Source of the DNA: a virus
Lineage: Duplodnaviria; Caudoviricetes
Reading direction: 5' to 3' (one strand)
DNA: 64,000 nt
IMG/VR virus record: IMGVR_UViG_3300045391_006539
The notes beneath the pieces were generated by a model that had not been told where the DNA came from, did not search any database, and saw only the letters and a program-made list of their open reading frames with translations. A program made the position numbers and the translations under genes. Below, piece by piece: positions 19,584 through 29,700 of this stretch (positions within the stretch are counted from its first letter, which is position 1; each line of letters starts with the position of its first letter).

Positions 19584-19936
19584 AGTTCCAGAGCCTCGGC
19601 AGCGACCGCGTTCTCGTACGTCTCGACCCCCGCCGGACCCACACGCGCGGGGGTCTCGTCATCCCTGACACCGAGGCGCAGATGATTCGCACCGGGGTCA
19701 TCTTGCAGACGGGCCCTGGCAAGTGGGTGAAAACCCGGCGTCGAGTAACCCAGGACTACCGCGAGGTTCTACGTCCCATCGAGGCGCGTGTAGGTGAAAG
19801 GGTAGCGTTTTTCATCGGTTCGGTAGATACTAAGAGCGGCCAAGCAGTTTCCTTCCATCTACGAGAGGACGAAAGACTGATTCGAGAAGAGGACGTGCTC
19901 TTCGTAATCGAGGAAGGAGACGTGGAGGTGACCTGA
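19580..19936 (+). CDS. groES: GroES/Cpn10-like co-chaperonin
   Basis: LGSDRVLVR..TRGGLVIPDT..GVILQTGPGK..VGERV..LIREEDVL. Confidence 0.85.
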   Translation: MKFQSLGSDRVLVRLDPRRTHTRGGLVIPDTEAQMIRTGVILQTGPGKWVKTRRRVTQDYREVLRPIEARVGERVAFFIGSVDTKSGQAVSFHLREDERLIREEDVLFVIEEGDVEVT

Positions 19937-20331
19937 TGGAACCCTTGAAGAACACCAAGCCGGTCATGGCGGAAATGCTCGTTCGGCACGTCTTTGGCGA
20001 GTCGGAGAGCTTCGAACGCGTGTGTGCTCAGCGCGGAATGAACCTGACGGAGGCCGTCCACCAAGCCCTCAAGAGCTGGGTGGGACAGGCACTCCTCACG
20101 GCTCACTCCGAGCCGGCGCTGCCCGTCATTGGCATGCTCCCCGACCCCTCGGACTGTCCGCATGGTCAGGAGGCGCACTTCATCGACCTGGTCGAGCATG
20201 ACCTGGCCGTACTCCGCCAGCGGCAGCAGGCCTGCTTTCGGGACAAGAACCAGGGTGAGCTCGCCAAGACCACCCAGGCCATCGAGACCCACATTCAGGC
20301 CTTGGCCGCGCTGCGCGAGCGGGTGGCATGA
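19936..20331 (+). CDS. Hypothetical protein
   Basis: Coupled ORF. Confidence 0.55.
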   Translation: MEPLKNTKPVMAEMLVRHVFGESESFERVCAQRGMNLTEAVHQALKSWVGQALLTAHSEPALPVIGMLPDPSDCPHGQEAHFIDLVEHDLAVLRQRQQACFRDKNQGELAKTTQAIETHIQALAALRERVA

Positions 20332-20588
20332 GATTCGTCCACCTCACGAGTCCCGGGCGCCTGGAGTTCAATTGGCTCTGGGCGCCGACGTGGGTCGGGA
20401 TGAACAACCAGTTGAAGGGTCAGCTCGAGCGGGACCTCGGTGAGGCAGTGCGTGTGGCGGGGATGCCCGCCACCGAGGAGAACCTCGACCAAATTCACGA
20501 GGTCTTGCTCGACTTGCTCGTCGAGCGTTACCCCGAGGTGCCGGGTCTGCGGGACTATCTCGACGGTATCAAGTTCGTACGGCCATGA
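20328..20588 (+). CDS. Hypothetical protein
   Basis: Coupled ORF. Confidence 0.55.
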   Translation: MRFVHLTSPGRLEFNWLWAPTWVGMNNQLKGQLERDLGEAVRVAGMPATEENLDQIHEVLLDLLVERYPEVPGLRDYLDGIKFVRP

Positions 20589-20767
20589 CGACCAAGAAGA
20601 AGGGAAAAGACTCCAATCCGCACGTCTCCATCCGCATCCCCTTGAAGCTTCGTGACGACATCAATGACTACGCCAAGCGTCACAACACGACGGTCTCGGT
20701 GCTCACGCGTAGTTATTACGAGCAGCTTCTCGCGGCAGATGGTCCGCAAGATGCAGAGCAAATCTGA
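20585..20767 (+). CDS. Ribbon-helix-helix DNA-binding protein
   Basis: VSIRIPLKLRDDINDYAKRHNTTVSVLTR fits the RHH pattern. Confidence 0.65.
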   Translation: MTTKKKGKDSNPHVSIRIPLKLRDDINDYAKRHNTTVSVLTRSYYEQLLAADGPQDAEQI

Positions 20768-21345
20768 TGGAAGGCTACGAGGAGAAGACCAGCTCCGTCA
20801 CGGTTCCAAAGAACACTGGCGTCGAGGGCTTCATGCGTACGCTCAGGGGCATCCTCGAGCTACGCAACGTGCAGAGCATTGCCATCGACGCACGTGGCAC
20901 GGTGAGTTACACGCGCTACGTTCGGCAAGGTGAGACTCCAGTCCAGCTCGCCGTCGACTATACGAGCGTCGAGCCTTGGGCCATCATCCGTAATGGCGAG
21001 CTCGAGGAGGTGGATACGCGAGGACTGCCCGCGGCGAGCGTCGTCGCACTCCTCTTCAACCGTGTGGCGAGTGAGGGGCTCGTACCCATCGCCTTTGCTT
21101 CTGGAGCAGGCACGTTCTTCTGGAGCTGGCACGAAGAAACGAGTGGCATACGCCTCTCGCGTCGTGGTCAGGTCTACGGACTGCCTCTCTACATCGACCG
21201 GCAGATGCCCGACCATTCCCTAGTTCTCTGTGCTGCCCATGTGCGCGGAAGTCTCGTAGACTGCCATCGTTTTCTCACGGTGACGATGGCTCTGCCGCTT
21301 TCGGTGCAGGCCATACCGCCGCCGACGGAGGTGCAGATACTATGA
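20767..21345 (+). CDS. Hypothetical protein
   Basis: Coupled ORF. Confidence 0.6.
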   Translation: MEGYEEKTSSVTVPKNTGVEGFMRTLRGILELRNVQSIAIDARGTVSYTRYVRQGETPVQLAVDYTSVEPWAIIRNGELEEVDTRGLPAASVVALLFNRVASEGLVPIAFASGAGTFFWSWHEETSGIRLSRRGQVYGLPLYIDRQMPDHSLVLCAAHVRGSLVDCHRFLTVTMALPLSVQAIPPPTEVQIL

Positions 21346-21830
21346 GCTACGAAAGCAAGGCAGCCGTGCTGCAGGCCGGCATCGTTCCAGAGACCATGCT
21401 CAAAGAGCTCGAGCGTTGGGGATTGTCCGTGCCGCCCACCATCATCGAGGAGAACCAGCGCCTCGCGCTCGAGAACATCCGCGAGGCACTCGAGAGCCGT
21501 GAGCTCGTAGAGGTGCGCATTACGGACCTCGATGCTCTGCGCTCGTATCACGAGAGGAGCCGCACCGGTCGCCTCTACTTCGGGGCACATCGGAACGGGA
21601 CCAAGAAGACCCCGACCTTCGTCGAGGTCACGTTCGTGAGGACGGCAGCCGGGGACTACCTCATCCCCTGGACGCACGAGGACATCTATGACCTCATGCT
21701 CGATGACACCACCTATCTCAAGCCGGTGGGTGAACCACGCGTCTACTTCTCCGACGTCTCGGAGCTCTATTACGGTAGGCGGAAGTTTTTCATGGTCTGC
21801 CGCCCCGCTCCCGAAGAGGTCAAGCGATGA
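21342..21830 (+). CDS. Hypothetical protein
   Basis: Coupled ORF. Confidence 0.6.
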   Translation: MSYESKAAVLQAGIVPETMLKELERWGLSVPPTIIEENQRLALENIREALESRELVEVRITDLDALRSYHERSRTGRLYFGAHRNGTKKTPTFVEVTFVRTAAGDYLIPWTHEDIYDLMLDDTTYLKPVGEPRVYFSDVSELYYGRRKFFMVCRPAPEEVKR

Positions 21831-22267
21831 GCCTCCAGGAGCGCTTCAGTGAACTCTGTGCCGCACTGCAGGCCAAGAGTGGCGCAACGGTAGTACCGGG
21901 TAGTGAGACCATCACCCCAACCCAGGTTCGTTTCAACGTCCGCGTCCAGCCTGGTAACGATGCCCGGCGTTGGCTCAAACTCACCAAGAACATCTTGATT
22001 CTGGCGCGTACGGCGCGTTGGACCACGGATATCTCTCGACAGTACTTCCTCGACCCTACGGACGAAGTCCGCTGGGGCTGGCGCCTCATCTTTCAGGGGC
22101 AGGAACTCGAGTCTTCCCTCGCTCTGCTCGCGCAGTCCGTGCGCAGTTACGCCATCCAGGCCTCACAGCAGCTCGAAGAAGTACCCCTGCATGGCAGCCC
22201 AAATCGTTCGAGGGGTGCCGGTCTCACGGGTACGGTACCCGTTGGTCCTTTCGCCACCCGAGGATGA
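21827..22267 (+). CDS. Hypothetical protein
   Basis: Coupled ORF. Confidence 0.6.
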   Translation: MSLQERFSELCAALQAKSGATVVPGSETITPTQVRFNVRVQPGNDARRWLKLTKNILILARTARWTTDISRQYFLDPTDEVRWGWRLIFQGQELESSLALLAQSVRSYAIQASQQLEEVPLHGSPNRSRGAGLTGTVPVGPFATRG

Positions 22268-22270
22268 GCC

Positions 22271-22918
22271 ATGCCCGTCGCTCCAGTTCTCTACTCCGAC
22301 ACTCCCGAAGCCACGCCACGCATCCTCACCGAGGAGGAGAAGGCAGCCCTGGCTCAGGACCAGGTCATCCAGGACTTGAAGCGCGCCGCTGCCGGCGTGG
22401 CCAAGTTCAAAATCGAGCTCATGTTCACGGCTCAGTTCTCCATCATCAAGCCCGTGCAGGGTGTGGTGAGCTTCTGGGAGAGTGGGTCGAAGCTGCACGG
22501 TGGTGGTGACACCATCATTCACTTCTGCCCCGGCAAACGGCTCGGTAAGAACCAGTGTGAGCACTACATCCCAGACCCTTCTCACGGCTATGGGTTTCTG
22601 GTCTGTCCGGCGTGCAACAACCTCTGGAACGGTGACCAGGTCTATGGCCAGGTCCTCGCTCGTCTCACGGCGCAGGACTGGGCGAAGCTGCTCGAAAAGT
22701 ACTACCGCAAGCTGGACATGAACTGCGATATCGTCATCAAGTACCAGCGTGAGGACATTCGCAATGCACATCGCCACCGGCTCCAGGTGGACAAGCTCGC
22801 CGACGTGCGTTCGGCGCCCAAACGGCTGCGGCGTATCTACACCCTGCAGAGCCTGATGGCAGACATGGCCGGTGGGTCGAGCCTGTACGATAGGATATTG
22901 TCCTTTGTGAAGGCCTGA
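22271..22918 (+). CDS. Zn-binding hypothetical protein
   Basis: FCPG...QCEH...VCPAC. Confidence 0.6.
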   Translation: MPVAPVLYSDTPEATPRILTEEEKAALAQDQVIQDLKRAAAGVAKFKIELMFTAQFSIIKPVQGVVSFWESGSKLHGGGDTIIHFCPGKRLGKNQCEHYIPDPSHGYGFLVCPACNNLWNGDQVYGQVLARLTAQDWAKLLEKYYRKLDMNCDIVIKYQREDIRNAHRHRLQVDKLADVRSAPKRLRRIYTLQSLMADMAGGSSLYDRILSFVKA

Positions 22919-22921
22919 ATC

Positions 22922-23287
22922 ATGTCCAAACCCCTCCGCACCAACCCCGCCTACGCCCACCTCGCCTATCAGAAGTCTCTCATCAACAAGACTATCCTGT
23001 ATTTGAGGCGGACCTTCCTGGGCGACGAAATCAGCGACCCACGCGAGATTCTGGTCTGTGAGGAGGTCTTCCAGCAAGACCAGCAGGTCCCGCAGGAGGC
23101 CGTACAGCACTACATCGAGAAGCTCACCGAGGAGGCGGCAGGTCTCGACGTGGAGCTCCGACGCTTCCAGCTCGTCGCTCCCATCAACTCTCCGCCAGGT
23201 CGCAATGAACAGAAAAACCAAAAGGGCCCAAGGAAGCAACACCCGAAGGGCGGTGCGCAGCACGGCCAAGGCCGCCGGACTCACTGA
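22922..23287 (+). CDS. Hypothetical protein
   Basis: Operonic ORF. Confidence 0.55.
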   Translation: MSKPLRTNPAYAHLAYQKSLINKTILYLRRTFLGDEISDPREILVCEEVFQQDQQVPQEAVQHYIEKLTEEAAGLDVELRRFQLVAPINSPPGRNEQKNQKGPRKQHPKGGAQHGQGRRTH

Positions 23288-23816
23288 GCCGACTGCCGAC
23301 GAGAAGGACCCTGCGTTCCTCGCGCTGCAGGTCAAGGCCCTGCGCACGAGCGTCCAGCAGCTCATCGACACCCAAGGACTCAACCTCCGGAGCATCTCCG
23401 AGGCATTCCAGATGGTGGACTTGCATCAGCAGGTGCTCACACGCGTTGCTCGTCACGTGACCGCGGCCGTGGTGCGCGTACGCAGGCTGCAAGTCGACGG
23501 GGACGTCGACATGCACACCTCCGACTTTGCCGAGCTCAAGCTGCTAGAAGAGGGCGGCCTCGACATGGAAGGCTACTACCGAGAGCGCACTCAGGTCATC
23601 GAGCTCGCTGGTAGTCAGGACCTCGCCGACCTCGCCGTGTCCTTCTGGGCCAAGGGACTATCGGTCGAGGATTCGATACGTCGTGCTAAGTTGAGCACTC
23701 GTAACGAACAGTCCGTCCCCGACTCGGAAGAAGAGTACGAGGACCAGTTCTTTGGAGGCACGAGTGGCCAAGATAATCACCAGCAAGTCCCGCCGAGCGC
23801 CAGTGAGGGTGGGTAA
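23205..23816 (+). CDS. Hypothetical protein
   Basis: ATG23205, MNRKTKRAQG... Confidence 0.55.
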   Translation: MNRKTKRAQGSNTRRAVRSTAKAAGLTEPTADEKDPAFLALQVKALRTSVQQLIDTQGLNLRSISEAFQMVDLHQQVLTRVARHVTAAVVRVRRLQVDGDVDMHTSDFAELKLLEEGGLDMEGYYRERTQVIELAGSQDLADLAVSFWAKGLSVEDSIRRAKLSTRNEQSVPDSEEEYEDQFFGGTSGQDNHQQVPPSASEGG

Positions 23817-23973
23817 CGTCGACGTCCACTACGGCAATGCGCCACAGATGGGCGGCTTCAAGCACTTTCGCGCGGGCTACGAGCTTGCCAAGCCCACAAC
23901 GCTCGCCGATGGTCGCGAAGGTTTCGTGACCCCCACGGGCAAGACCTTCACCATCAAAAAGATGAGTTCTTGA
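23752..23973 (+). CDS. Small hypothetical protein
   Basis: Short ORF; a GTG start follows GGAGG. Confidence 0.4.
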   Translation: MEARVAKIITSKSRRAPVRVGNVDVHYGNAPQMGGFKHFRAGYELAKPTTLADGREGFVTPTGKTFTIKKMSS

Positions 23974-24364
23974 GCATCGCCCAGCTGTAGTCCTGAGGCA
24001 TGGTGCCGACGATATCGAAACCATGCTTGCGGTAGAGAGCAAGGGCTGCATCATTGCCCTTGCGTACCGTGAGCATGGTTTTTGACGTGAGGCTGGATGC
24101 CGTTTTCAGGAGTGCCGAAGCGACTCCCGTTCGCCGATACTTCTCGCGCACACCGAGACGTAAGATGTCGGTGATGAGCTCGTCCCTGCGGCAGAGGGTG
24201 TAGCCCACGAGCGTTTCTCCGTCGTAGACTACCCAGCTCGTGCCTTGCTGAACTTCATGGGCCAGCGTACGCTCATTGAAGTTATTGTCGGGGAACAGTT
24301 CGTACTCGACGTCGAACAAGTTCTCGATGTCATTCTGATTTGCCAGACGGAGAGTGAATTTCAT
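23954..24364 (-). CDS. GNAT acetyltransferase (RimI-like)
   Basis: ILRLGVREKYRRTGVASALL (motif A); LTVRKGNDAALALYRKHGF (motif B). Confidence 0.85.
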   Translation of the reverse strand: MKFTLRLANQNDIENLFDVEYELFPDNNFNERTLAHEVQQGTSWVVYDGETLVGYTLCRRDELITDILRLGVREKYRRTGVASALLKTASSLTSKTMLTVRKGNDAALALYRKHGFDIVGTMPQDYSWAMLKNSSF

Positions 24365-24605
24365 GAGTTTAGACGTGTCGAAGTTGATGGTAGAGGTATG
24401 CGTCATCACTGATGAGAGCCTCGGTGCAGACTCCGTAGACGTGGACACTGCCGACCGTCAGGTCATTGAGGCTGTCGTAGACCAAGACATCGAAGCCTTC
24501 GCAGATTTCTATACCAGGTTTCTGAAGAACGGTAGTCTCATCCCATTTGAACGAGCTGCCATCAAGACCTACATCGCCTGGAAGCTCGGTCTCGGTAAGA
24601 AGTGA
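24363..24605 (+). CDS. Hypothetical protein
   Basis: ATG24363 after GGAG. Confidence 0.5.
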   Translation: MSLDVSKLMVEVCVITDESLGADSVDVDTADRQVIEAVVDQDIEAFADFYTRFLKNGSLIPFERAAIKTYIAWKLGLGKK

Positions 24606-24997
24606 TGCCGGGTCCCGCCATTCGGGGCCGCTGCATCAAGGAGATAGAAGTGCCCAAGAAATCTGGAGTCCACTACGAGTGTGAGCGCTGCGAGCGCGAC
24701 TGGTTCAGTGAGAAGGAAGTCGACACGGCCAAGATTGTCGTGCGCTTTCAGAGTCCGAGCGCGGCCTCGCTCGATGCGGAGTACGACATCCTCTGTGATA
24801 GTTGTGCCCAGACCGTGGAGAATCTAGTGCGTTCCATCGCGCGCGAGCTCAAGAAACTCCCTGCGGACAAGTCCAAGGCTAAGAAAGAGAGGCCGAGCCT
24901 CTCTCCCCCCAATGGCTCTATGACAGTCGCTGAGACAGAGCCACCATCGAGAGCGCTGGATGTCCATGCTCCCGCTTCCCACGCCAAGTCACGATGA
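24602..24997 (+). CDS. Zn-ribbon protein
   Basis: CERC...LCDSC. Confidence 0.55.
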   Translation: MMPGPAIRGRCIKEIEVPKKSGVHYECERCERDWFSEKEVDTAKIVVRFQSPSAASLDAEYDILCDSCAQTVENLVRSIARELKKLPADKSKAKKERPSLSPPNGSMTVAETEPPSRALDVHAPASHAKSR

Positions 24998-25580
24998 GCG
25001 TGTGTGGGATTCCTTGTAAGTCCCCACGCCGTTCGATTCTGAAGGACGCACTCGGTATCATCCGCAAGAGGTAGGCGTTACTTCCTTGCGGCATCTTGCC
25101 TTTGCACACGATGGTCACTCCTTGTGGGGGGAACATCGAATCGTAGGTTCTCCGAACGCGTTTCGTCTTTTCGTCCACCCACTCCGTGAATGCCGAGCTC
25201 TTGAATTTGACCCGGCCCTTCTGCTCCGTCGTCTCGACGAGGACTAGAGCATCATCGCTTCGTTCATGCTCCCGAATGACCACACCCGACCTCGATAGGT
25301 CGGCACGCAGGAGTGCTGGTGACTCTTTCTCCACGGTCATCACCAGCTTTCTGATTCGTCTGAGTTCTTCCTGACTCAAGCTCCTATCCTTGTACATCCC
25401 GCGAGAGAGGCACTCGCGCAACCGACTCGAGACTCGATAACGAGCGGCCAGTAGTCCACTACTGAGCCTCGAATCCAGTGCGACGCGTGCGTCGCCCACT
25501 TCTATGCAAAATCCCCCGGTCTCCGTCTCGCTCAAATGAATGCCGACGATGGCGTCCTCGTCGACACGATAACATCGCAT
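24918..25580 (-). CDS. Hypothetical protein (own promoter-like motif)
   Basis: SD GAGGAGG; upstream GGGATAA motif. Confidence 0.65.
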   Translation of the reverse strand: MRCYRVDEDAIVGIHLSETETGGFCIEVGDARVALDSRLSSGLLAARYRVSSRLRECLSRGMYKDRSLSQEELRRIRKLVMTVEKESPALLRADLSRSGVVIREHERSDDALVLVETTEQKGRVKFKSSAFTEWVDEKTKRVRRTYDSMFPPQGVTIVCKGKMPQGSNAYLLRMIPSASFRIERRGDLQGIPHTLIVTWRGKREHGHPALSMVALSQRLS

Positions 25581-25612
25581 TTCTCCTCCTCGATGAATGC
25601 GCTCTACATTTC

Positions 25613-25639
25613 TTATCCCGTCAGTCTCATCAATTTTTC
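25613..25639 (-). promoter_or_regulatory. Phage promoter-like motif
   Basis: gAAAAAT-N13-GGGATAA. Confidence 0.6.
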
Positions 25640-25664
25640 AGGCTAGTGAGAAGTCTGTCGTGGA

Positions 25665-25689
25665 CGCCGTGTCACTCATGGACACGGCG
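25665..25689. terminator. Stem-loop
   Basis: CGCCGTGTC-N7-GACACGGCG. Confidence 0.45.
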
Positions 25690-25721
25690 CCTCTCCTTTC
25701 TTCTCTTTCGGTCTACCGAGC

Positions 25722-26069
25722 TCAGCTCTGGGGAGCACCCAGCGCAAGGCGCACCTGACCCGACTCGATGAGTCCCTTGGTCGCGTCGATGGCCTGTTGT
25801 TCACGTGCACCTCGACCCCATTTGCTGCCGACATAGGTCACACCAGCGTAGGTGGCCACGAGGGTGACACCAACGACGACGGATGGGATGGCGACCTGTG
25901 CGAACTGCTGCGTGTAGGTCTTCGCAGACTGCCCATTGCCTGCCAGCTTCTCGAGGGCGGAGGTCAGCCGAGTGAAGCTGTCACCTTCCGTACCACCCGC
26001 GGGCGGGATGTCGGTCTTGTTGGTCTTGCTGGTCTTCTCGGTCTCGGTCTTCTCGGTCTCGGTCTTCAT
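25722..26069 (-). CDS. Small membrane protein
   Basis: Likely start ATG26069 (SD AAGGAG, internal promoter motif); TM VAIPSVVVGVTLVATYAGV; frame extends to 26225. Confidence 0.55.
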   Translation of the reverse strand: MKTETEKTETEKTSKTNKTDIPPAGGTEGDSFTRLTSALEKLAGNGQSAKTYTQQFAQVAIPSVVVGVTLVATYAGVTYVGSKWGRGAREQQAIDATKGLIESGQVRLALGAPQS

Positions 26070-26115
26070 GACTTCTAGTTCTCCTTCGAGGGGATAGTCT
26101 TCCCCTTCATCATCG

Positions 26116-26141
26116 TTATTCCCGGAATCGAGCCATTTTTG
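26116..26141 (-). promoter_or_regulatory. Phage promoter-like motif
   Basis: CAAAAA-N13-GGAATAA. Confidence 0.6.
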
Positions 26142-26234
26142 CTCGGGGTCCAGACTCGACAACTTGCCACCGGCGTTCTTCATCTCGCCTTGTAGCTCTC
26201 GTGACAGGTCTTCGATGTTGCCCATGTGAGCACC

Positions 26235-26495
26235 TCATCGCTGCTGTGCTGCTCTCCTGTAATGAGCCTGCAGCTCTACTCCACGAGCAAGGATGTCGAT
26301 GGCACCACGAGCCTCGAGTTCCGCGATATCTTCATTCGAGAGAGTGACGTCGAGCACGACGTTGTGGTGCTGCGTCGCACCCTCGGCTGCCTTCTTCAAG
26401 GCACGCCTGGGTATGACGATTTCTCGCAAGACGCGATTGGTGATGCCGACGACTGGGACTGCCGCGATGTATGCGATGACTGGGATGAAAAACAT
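26235..26495 (-). CDS. Hypothetical protein with a hydrophobic N-terminus
   Basis: SD GGAGG; promoter motif upstream. Confidence 0.55.
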   Translation of the reverse strand: MFFIPVIAYIAAVPVVGITNRVLREIVIPRRALKKAAEGATQHHNVVLDVTLSNEDIAELEARGAIDILARGVELQAHYRRAAQQR

Positions 26496-26514
26496 GTTCC
26501 TACCTCCAGATGTG

Positions 26515-26540
26515 TTATTCCCGAATCACCACTGGAATTG
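26515..26540 (-). promoter_or_regulatory. Phage promoter-like motif
   Basis: CAATTC-N13-GGAATAA. Confidence 0.65.
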
Positions 26541-26544
26541 AGTG

Positions 26545-26589
26545 GCTAAAAAGAGGCACTCGTGGGTGGGATAGCCCTACGAGTGCCTC
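26545..26589 (-). terminator. Intrinsic terminator
   Basis: GAGGCACTCGT...ACGAGTGCCTC stem followed by TTTTTAGC on the minus strand. Confidence 0.75.
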
Positions 26590-26677
26590 GGAGCCTGCAT
26601 CTGACTCCGACGGAAAGACGAGCATGCAGAGGCGTCGACTCACTCTGAATGGGAAGTCTCGTTCTCCATCAGATTGG

Positions 26678-26703
26678 TTATCCCAGGTCCCGCACCGTTT
26701 TTG
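26678..26703 (-). promoter_or_regulatory. Phage promoter-like motif
   Basis: CAAAAA-N13-GGGATAA. Confidence 0.6.
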
Positions 26704-26723
26704 CGGGGTGCTAGCATCTACCG

Positions 26724-29700
26724 ATGCCTCTCAGCAGCATGGAAATGGCCCAGATGACTGGCTTCTACCAGAACCAGTCTGCGCAGCAGATGCACAACGC
26801 CAGTATGATTGGTATGGGCATGCCCATCGGCGATGCCTTTGCCAGTGGCACCATGAATCGAGTGGGGGCAGTGGCTGGCCCTCTCGCCGTGGGCGCGCTC
26901 GGACTAGACCCACTGAGCATCGGTCTTTCTGCTGGTGCATGGGGTGCGAGTCGCGGCATGGGCATGATGGGCGCCGCTGGATTGGGCCTGGGTGCAGGCC
27001 TCGCTTCCATGCCCATCTCGATGGCCGTGGGTTACGGCGTCAATCAGATGTTCGCCGGAGCCCAGCAACAGCAGGCCTTCGGGGGCATGATGAACTCGAC
27101 CTTCCGCTTCGCCAACAACTACGGCGGCCATGGCTTCGGTCGAGGGGGTCTAGCCGACATCGGCAGCATGATGCGGAACATGTCGACCGAACAGGGTCCA
27201 GCGGGTCAGATGGTGGGCTTCGAGGAGCTCGGCCGACTCGCCTCCAACATGGGACGCATGGGCATGGCCCAGGGCGTACGTGACGCCAAGGACTTCAGCA
27301 CCAAGTTCCGGGAGATGGTCAAGACCGTCAAGGAAATCGCCGAAGCCATGGGCACCTCACTCGAAGAGGCGCAGAAGATGATGCAGGCCATGAAGGGGTC
27401 TGGGGTCTTCGGCAACCAGAACGCCGCGCAATTCGCCCAGCGCATCCGCTCGGGTGCCGTCGCCGGTGGCATGGCCACGAGCGAGCTCACGGGCATGATG
27501 AGTGTCGGCTCCCAGATATCCCGCATGGTGGGTGGGCGTGGTCGTGCCGGCGCCGCAGGTGGCATCGAGACCCTGACCAACATCGGCGTGGCGCAGCAGA
27601 TGGGTCTCCTCAGTGAGGAGGACGTCTACAACGTCACGGGTCTGACGGGCGCCGAGGGACGCCGCGCCATGGCCACCCGACAGATGGAGCAGAGCGCTCG
27701 CTTCCTTCAGTCTTCCAATGGTCGCCGCTTCCTCGCCTCCATCGCAGGCCGAGATGGGCAGCTCGACGCGGGCTCGGTCGCGGAAATCATGGCGGGTGGC
27801 GTGGGCACCGACCGCACCATGCAGATGGCTGGGCGGAACCTCTCGAAGATTGGTCGAGCCAACTTCATTCGCAATGAGGGGCGCTTGCGAGGCGCTGCGC
27901 TCGAGCAGTTTGGAGGCCTCGCTCCGATGCTGCAGATGAGCCAGTGGCTCGGTGAGCGAGGCATCGACGTCAACGAGGGCAACGACCGTGCCATGGTCTT
28001 CATGCAGCGGCACTTGGGCATGGGCAACGACGAGGCCGAGATGATGCTGCGCCAAGTGCGTGAGCTGCCACAGATTCTCCGCCAGCGCCAGCTCTCGAGC
28101 CAGGACGATGACTACTCGAAGCGCCTCAGTGAGCGCAAGAGCATGACTGGTCTCGAAGGCATCAAGAACAAGTTCGAGAAGGCCAAGGCCGAGGTCAACT
28201 CTGCGCTCCAGCAGGTGGGTGCCGACATCCACGATGGCATCGCCAGCTACATCGAAGGAGCCGTCAATCGCATGACAGATAACTATGTGAAGGAGACGCG
28301 GCAGGGCGTGTCCGAGGCCTTCCGCACGATGATGGGTGGTGGCGCGCTCGGTGCCGGTGCTGCTGCCGATGTCTTTGGCATTGGGGGTGGCGCGTTCAGC
28401 TCTTCGGCGGCGCGCTCGAGCACACTTTTCCGGTCGGGCCGGAGCGACCTCGCCATCTTCCAGGACCGAGACGCTACACGCTTTGCCAAGGCCGGCTTTG
28501 CTTTCAAGGGTGGGGACATCATGGCCCACACCAACACGGTTGCTGCAGTCAACAACGCCTTCCGGGGTGGAGACTCGAATCTCGCGGGGCGTGCGGGCAT
28601 CCAGTCACTCGGGGCTGCGGGTGCCGATGCCTTCAAGCAAGCCTTGCTCGGTCAGAGCATCTCGGGTCGCGGCTTCGACCGACTCGATAGCTTTGGTCAG
28701 TTCCTACTGGGCCAATCGGGTGGAAACCGTGCGGGTACGGACCTCTTCAACCGTTATCGGGGCGCGAGTCGTGAGGAACAGGCGCAAATCATGGCGGCCT
28801 ACTCGGGTGAGGGTGGCGCTGGACAGAGTCAGGCCGACTACTTCAGCGACCCAGGCTTCCGTGGGGTCTATGGCGTGAGCGGCAACTTCACGATGGGTGA
28901 GGGCGCCGACAAGGTCGGCAGCGCCTTTGGTCGGGGCGGCAAGCGCGGTATGTTCGCCGGGTCTGCAACGAGCGCCGACACGGCCGTGGGCAAGTTCCTG
29001 CTCTCCGAGGATGGCAAGAAGCTCACCGACCGCATGATGAGCAACAACGCCAAGACGCGCGACGAGGCCAAGCTCCAGGTCGAGAAGGAGATTCTCACGC
29101 TCCAGAAGAAGGAAGACCTGACCAAGGAGGAGACGGCACGCTTGCGGGGTCTGAAGGGCATGCTCTTCGCCCAGCGCCTCACTGAGATGGAGGTCAAGGG
29201 CGCCTCTGCCAAGGAACTCGATGCCGAAGCGGCACGCCTCGGTGACTTGTATGGCATCAGTGCAAACGAGGTCCGCAGCAACGCGGCGACCATCGGTGCT
29301 CTGGCCATTGGCAACAAGGACGCGGCGCTCGTGCAGGCCAGTGAGCAGTTTGGAGACCAGGCTAGGTTGAACGCTGCTGGTCTATCTCGTGCGGGTCTGG
29401 TCTCGGGCAGTGGTGCGACGCTCACACTCAATGCTGCTGCAGCCGATAAGCTCGGTGGTGGCACGGCGGGACAGGCCTTCCTCAAGGCCATGGTCACCAA
29501 GCAACAAGCTCTATCTCAGATGGGGCCTGGGGTGAGCGCCGACAAGATTCGAGAGCTGGCCGCCACGGCAAACAATGCAGCTCAGGGCATGAACGCCGAG
29601 CTCGCGAACATGAGCGTGGAGGACCAGCGCAAGTTCGCCCGTGCTCTCGCTGGTGTGGAGGGTGCCGAGGAAGAAGCGGGGACGGTCGGACGCGTGGCGA

